A stretch of DNA of 39,019 nt, from positions 1-39,019 of IMG/VR virus record IMGVR_UViG_3300030708_001627; one strand, written 5' to 3'. Of this stretch, positions 34,823 to 39,019 are shown in pieces. A model generated the notes under the pieces. That model worked only from the letters and a program-made list of their open reading frames with translations, did no database searches and was not told where the DNA came from. The DNA is from a virus (taxonomy: Duplodnaviria > Caudoviricetes). The number at the start of each line of letters is the position of its first letter. The first letter of the stretch is position 1. A program made the position numbers and the translations under genes.

Positions 34823-37800
34823 TTACGTACCTACAACTAAATTACCTGAATTATCTATAGTTAAAGTTCTAGTTGTGTTTCCATCAGGTGATACCAACGT
34901 TATTCCTTCTCCAGCTTGAGGTAACTTAACACCGCTACTTGTTGTTTCAAATTTCTTTACATTGTCGTAGTAAAGTTCTACTGCACCATCTTTAACCATC
35001 TTTGCGTGGATATCATTAGTATCAGAAAGAAATTGTATTTCAGAATCACTTTTTAATCTTAACTGCCCTGTGCCTGTATCTACTAAATAAGAATGACTAC
35101 CATCGTGGAATATTTCTAAATCACCACTATTACCAAACTGTGCTTTAGAATTATCTACCCATCTTGCATTAAGTTGGAAATTAGTATGACTATTACTACC
35201 ATCTAAAAAGAAGTATGTAGCTAAACCACCACTACCATTATCTGACTTAAATATTATATCACCATCATCTAAATTATTTTCAATAACCAAATTACCCGTA
35301 TAATTTTGGATATACGAAGTAGAACCATTATGTTGGATTTGTAAATCATCAGCTGTTCCAAAACAAAGAGGTATACTATCTGGTATATCAATTCTGTTTG
35401 TGCTACCATCCAATCTAAAATATTCAGTAACTCCTCCACTACCGTCATCGCTTCTAAATATAATATCTTTGTCATCTGCATAATTTGTAAAATATAAATC
35501 ACCTAGAGTGATGTCAACATAATTATTACTTCCATCGTGATATAGCTGCATATCATTACCAGCGCCCAAAGTAATTCTCGAATTATCTGCCCAATTTGTA
35601 TATACAGTTCCACCACTAGCCGAACTACCATCTAATTTAAAATATTCAGCTAAACCACCACTACCATCATCACTACTAAAGACAATATCTTTATCATCTG
35701 CATAGTTTTGAAATTTTAAATTTCCTGTATAATTATCAAAAGTTGTATCTGTACCATTATGTTTTGCTTGTAAATCATTACCAGTTCCAAGAACTATTGA
35801 ACTATTATCAGGAAATACAGTAAATACTGAGCCTCCACTAGCTAAACTACCATCTAAATAAAAATATGTAGTATGACCACCACTACCATCGTCTGATCTA
35901 AATATAATATCTCCGTCATCTGCGTAATTAGTTATAGTTAAATTACTTGTTTGGTTTTCTATATGTGAACTAGAGCCATCGTGATATATTTTTAAATCAT
36001 CAGATGTCCCTAATAATACTTTTGCAGCATCAACAAATCTTGCATCTTTATTAAATTGAACTCTAGTATTACTTCCATCTAAAAACATGTATGTTGCTGT
36101 ACCACCTGAACCATCATCTGATTGGAATATAATATCTTTGTCATCAGCAAACTGTCTAAATCTTAAATCACCTGTTACGTTTTCAATATTGCTATCAGTT
36201 CCATCGTGGTCAATTCTTAAATCATCACTATCGCCAAATGTAGCTTTTATGTTATCATTCCATCTTGTTTTACGTAGCATTCTAACTGCTTCTAAACTAC
36301 CATCAATTCTAAAATATTCAGCTAAACCACCTGAACCATCATCTGCAAATACTTGTAAATCTTTATCATCAGAATCAATTTCTATAATTAAATGCCCTGT
36401 ATCGTTATGTATTTTACTGTCTGTACCATCGTGATATATTCTTAAATCACTTGAATCACCAAAAACTAATTGTTTAGAATCAGGAAATTTTGTTTTACCT
36501 ATACTTCCATCTAAAAAGAAGTATGTTTCTGTTCCACCTGAACCATCATCAGATTTAAATCGAATATCTCCATCATTAAGATGCTGTGTAATGTTCAAAG
36601 TACCAGTGTAATTTTCTATATACGAGTTGCTAGCATCATGAAATATTTCCATATCTGAACCTGTGCCAAATAAAGCTTTTACACTATCTTGATGTTCAGT
36701 ATTTTTAGTAAACTGTGTTTGTTCAGCACTACCATCTAATCTAAAATAGGTTTCTACTCCACCACTCCCATCATCACATTGAAAAACTATATCTTTATCA
36801 TTAGCATTATTTAATATTATTAAATCATTAGTATCGTTTTCAATATAACTATTTGAACTATTATGATATATTTTTAAATCATCAGAAGAACCTAAACTTA
36901 ACTCTACATTGTCTATTAACCTTAAGTCTTTATTATATTGAACTCTATTACCAGCACCAACAACACTAAAGTATGTATCTAAACCACCGCTACCGTCATC
37001 ACATCTAAATATTATACTAGCATCATCAACTTGGTTTTCAATATATAAATCACCAACAGCTGTGTTTTTAATAAATGAATTACTACTAAGGTGTTCTAGT
37101 TGTAAATCACCACTAGCTCCTATTTTTAAAGTTGAGTCAGACGGTATTCTTACAGTAGATATATTACTATCACCAATTGTAACTTCGTTAGATACACCTA
37201 CCGCAGAAGCAGTAGCGTCATAACCTATTAATATATTATTAGATCCAGTCGTTAAATTATCACCTGCAAGTCCACCTATTATAGTATTTTTTATACCAGT
37301 ATCAACAAGTCTACCAGCATCTCTACCTATTGCAACGTTATAAGCACTTCCATCGTAATTTTGACTTAATAATGCTGATCTACCTATAGCTACTGAATCA
37401 TGACCAGTATCTTCACCACCTAAAGCATTCAAGCCTATAGCTATATTACTATTACCTGTAGTTAAAGCGTCACCTGCTAGTCCTCCTAGTATAGTATTAT
37501 AAACACCTGTTGTGAGTAAAAACGCAGCGTGATAACCTACTGCGGTATTATAAGGATCAGCATCTGCATTTTGTATATTTAAAGCTTTATATCCAATTGC
37601 AGTAGAACCGTGTCTAGTGTCTTCAGTGCTAAGAGCTCCATGTCCAACAGCTGTATTATAACTAGATATTGTAATAGCATCACCAGCAGCATATCCCATT
37701 AATACATTTCTTTCACCGCTAGTTATAGCGCCACCTGCTTCATTACCTACTGCTACATTATAATCACCGCTTGTTAAAGCATTTAATGTAGCTATACCTA

Positions 37801-38017
37801 CACCAGTGTTACCTAAAGCAGATGACAATGTGCCCGTTGTACTATGACCAACAAGTAATGAACCAGTAAAGTTTGCACCTTCTATTTTATGTAACAAACC
37901 ACCACTACCATCATATAGTTCTGTAAAATTGTCATTACATATATCGAATGCTGCTCTGAGCGTAGATCCAGTTCCGTCGTTTGCTGCGGATCCTATATTT
38001 ATACTTTGTTTAGCCAT
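34823..38017 (-). CDS. Tail fibre (1064 aa) with T4 gp9/gp10-like N-terminal motif, Gly/Asn beta-roll repeats and nine long tandem repeats
   Basis: N-terminus KQSINIGSAANDGTGSTLRAAF..NDNFTELY; N(T/V)A(V/I)G repeats; nine copies of D.DI.F.SDDGSGG..(T/E)YF.LDGS. Confidence 0.88.
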   Translation of the reverse strand: MAKQSINIGSAANDGTGSTLRAAFDICNDNFTELYDGSGGLLHKIEGANFTGSLLVGHSTTGTLSSALGNTGVGIATLNALTSGDYNVAVGNEAGGAITSGERNVLMGYAAGDAITISSYNTAVGHGALSTEDTRHGSTAIGYKALNIQNADADPYNTAVGYHAAFLLTTGVYNTILGGLAGDALTTGNSNIAIGLNALGGEDTGHDSVAIGRSALLSQNYDGSAYNVAIGRDAGRLVDTGIKNTIIGGLAGDNLTTGSNNILIGYDATASAVGVSNEVTIGDSNISTVRIPSDSTLKIGASGDLQLEHLSSNSFIKNTAVGDLYIENQVDDASIIFRCDDGSGGLDTYFSVVGAGNRVQYNKDLRLIDNVELSLGSSDDLKIYHNSSNSYIENDTNDLIILNNANDKDIVFQCDDGSGGVETYFRLDGSAEQTQFTKNTEHQDSVKALFGTGSDMEIFHDASNSYIENYTGTLNITQHLNDGDIRFKSDDGSGGTETYFFLDGSIGKTKFPDSKQLVFGDSSDLRIYHDGTDSKIHNDTGHLIIEIDSDDKDLQVFADDGSGGLAEYFRIDGSLEAVRMLRKTRWNDNIKATFGDSDDLRIDHDGTDSNIENVTGDLRFRQFADDKDIIFQSDDGSGGTATYMFLDGSNTRVQFNKDARFVDAAKVLLGTSDDLKIYHDGSSSHIENQTSNLTITNYADDGDIIFRSDDGSGGHTTYFYLDGSLASGGSVFTVFPDNSSIVLGTGNDLQAKHNGTDTTFDNYTGNLKFQNYADDKDIVFSSDDGSGGLAEYFKLDGSSASGGTVYTNWADNSRITLGAGNDMQLYHDGSNNYVDITLGDLYFTNYADDKDIIFRSDDGSGGVTEYFRLDGSTNRIDIPDSIPLCFGTADDLQIQHNGSTSYIQNYTGNLVIENNLDDGDIIFKSDNGSGGLATYFFLDGSNSHTNFQLNARWVDNSKAQFGNSGDLEIFHDGSHSYLVDTGTGQLRLKSDSEIQFLSDTNDIHAKMVKDGAVELYYDNVKKFETTSSGVKLPQAGEGITLVSPDGNTTRTLTIDNSGNLVVGT
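35100..37110 (-). repeat. Nine imperfect tandem coding repeats (~210-225 nt, ~70-75 aa) in the tail fibre
   Basis: DDGSGG cores near 36990, 36770, 36545, 36335, 36110, 35885, 35665, 35440 and 35235 (the last is DNGSGG), each preceded by an L.IYHDG..SYI.N-type segment. Confidence 0.9.
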
Positions 38018-39017
38018 TTATTTGTTTTTTTAATTCTTTTACTTCTGCACTTAACTCTTGTATTGCTTTCGCCATAACTGGTATTAAATTACCATATTTA
38101 GCTTCAAGTCTGTCTTCACTTATTTCATATACTAAATCAAGTATATCATTATCATTGTTTGGCATTGCTTCTTGAAGATCTTGAGCAATGAAACCAATTC
38201 TTGATTTACCTTGTTTTGCTTCAGACATGTGTTCTGGTCTGAAATCCCATGTAAATTTAACAGGTTTTAATTTGTTTATAAATTCTAAACCGTAAGGACT
38301 TTCTTCAACTTCTGATTTATCACGACCATCTGAAAGCGCTGCAATACTCTGATCAGCACATCTAAATGCTGAAATATTAGCATCACCTAAAGTTATTTCG
38401 TTATCTACGTCTGCCGCTGAAGCAGCAGCATTATATCCTATAATTATATTATTTTCACCAGTAGTTAAATCATTTGTACCAGTATTACCAGCTAAGCCGC
38501 CTATAACAGTATTTTTAATACCTGAAGAAATATCTTTACCAGCCTCCATTCCTATAGCTACATTATATCCGCTTCCATTATAATTTAATGAACTTAATGC
38601 AGCATAACCTATAGCTATATTTCTACTTCCAGTATCTTCAGAGCCAAGAGCAGTATATCCCAACACTGTATTATAAGATCCCGTAGTTAATGCGTCTCCA
38701 GCTAATCCTCCTATTAAAGTATTATTAAGACCAGTTGTAACAGAAGAACCTGCAAGATACCCTACTGCAACATTATAAGCGTTAACACCTGCGTTTTGAG
38801 TTGCTAATGATTGAAAACCTACAGCTACATTTGTACCATTTTCATCTTCAGCGCTTAATGCTTGGTAACCTACAGCAACGTTACCACCTCCTGTAGTTAA
38901 CGCATCACCTGCTAATGCTCCTATCAATACATTTTGAATACTTGTTGTAACAGCATAACCAGCGTTATAACCTACAGCAACATTATATGTGTCTACGTCA
39001 GAATTATTAACTTGACT
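38010..39017 (-). CDS. Tail fibre/spike with C-terminal intramolecular chaperone (peptidase S74); 5' end outside window
   Basis: SDGRDK...GLEFINKLKPVKFTW...IGFIAQDLQE..P...YGNLIPVMAKAIQEL. The frame stays open by hand translation from 38927 to the window end (...SQVNNSDVDTYNVAVGYNAGYAVTTSIQNVLIG). Confidence 0.9.
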   Translation of the reverse strand, partial: SQVNNSDVDTYNVAVGYNAGYAVTTSIQNVLIGALAGDALTTGGGNVAVGYQALSAEDENGTNVAVGFQSLATQNAGVNAYNVAVGYLAGSSVTTGLNNTLIGGLAGDALTTGSYNTVLGYTALGSEDTGSRNIAIGYAALSSLNYNGSGYNVAIGMEAGKDISSGIKNTVIGGLAGNTGTNDLTTGENNIIIGYNAAASAADVDNEITLGDANISAFRCADQSIAALSDGRDKSEVEESPYGLEFINKLKPVKFTWDFRPEHMSEAKQGKSRIGFIAQDLQEAMPNNDNDILDLVYEISEDRLEAKYGNLIPVMAKAIQELSAEVKELKKQING

Positions 39018-39019
39018 AC

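Noticed and set aside
6256-36434. The many short + strand ORFs opposite the late genes (e.g. 6256..6744, 8602..9000, 16977..17366, 28389..28739, 36087..36434) and nested - ORFs 31254..31448 and 35269..35502
   Set aside because: Antisense or out-of-frame shadows; their Phe/Leu/Ser richness is the expected mirror of Lys/Glu-rich sense genes.
35100-37110. CRISPR array or DGR template/variable repeat
   Set aside because: Repeats are in-frame, ~220 nt and diverge mainly at synonymous sites without evident adenine-specific bias; no reverse transcriptase or cas gene in the window.
1-39019. tRNA genes, introns/inteins, integrase or IS elements
   Set aside because: Intergenic gaps are too short for tRNAs and none shows a cloverleaf; TerL and NrdA are uninterrupted and of ordinary size; no recombinase or transposase motifs seen.

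Overview
A strongly AT-rich, gene-dense segment of a tailed dsDNA bacteriophage. It has a crAss-like podovirus virion gene order and most likely infects Bacteroidota (Flavobacteria-like hosts; inferred from Gln-at-+1 signal peptides and AT-rich, SD-less start regions). The + strand (1-3068) carries a class Ia ribonucleotide reductase pair, nrdB (5'-truncated) and nrdA, with three small genes between them, one a YkgJ-type Cys-cluster protein. A bidirectional hairpin terminator at ~3073-3096 separates this from a ~36 kb - strand late region. In transcription order that region encodes: two tail fibres (one with an S74 chaperone), small genes, a holin, a tandem GroES-like protein, putative small terminase, large terminase, portal, scaffold, major capsid protein, conserved virion proteins, tail ring and nozzle proteins, and three probable ejected proteins. 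It ends with a cassette of envelope-targeted proteins (YfiM-like, outer-membrane beta-barrel, membrane-anchored coiled coil, Cys-less thioredoxin fold), an M15 endolysin and a lipoprotein. Three things stand out. (1) The 2730-aa protein sits where crAss-like phages encode their virion RNA polymerase but looks instead like a polyprotein: HExxH metallopeptidase, sigma-70 region 2-like segment, EHxxP nuclease-like domain and HAD phosphatase, separated by recurring [KR]x[AK][FY]S-type linkers. (2) The exported-protein cassette downstream of it. (3) An ejection-type protein that carries an apparent Sec signal peptide. All family calls come from motif recognition by eye; no searches were run.
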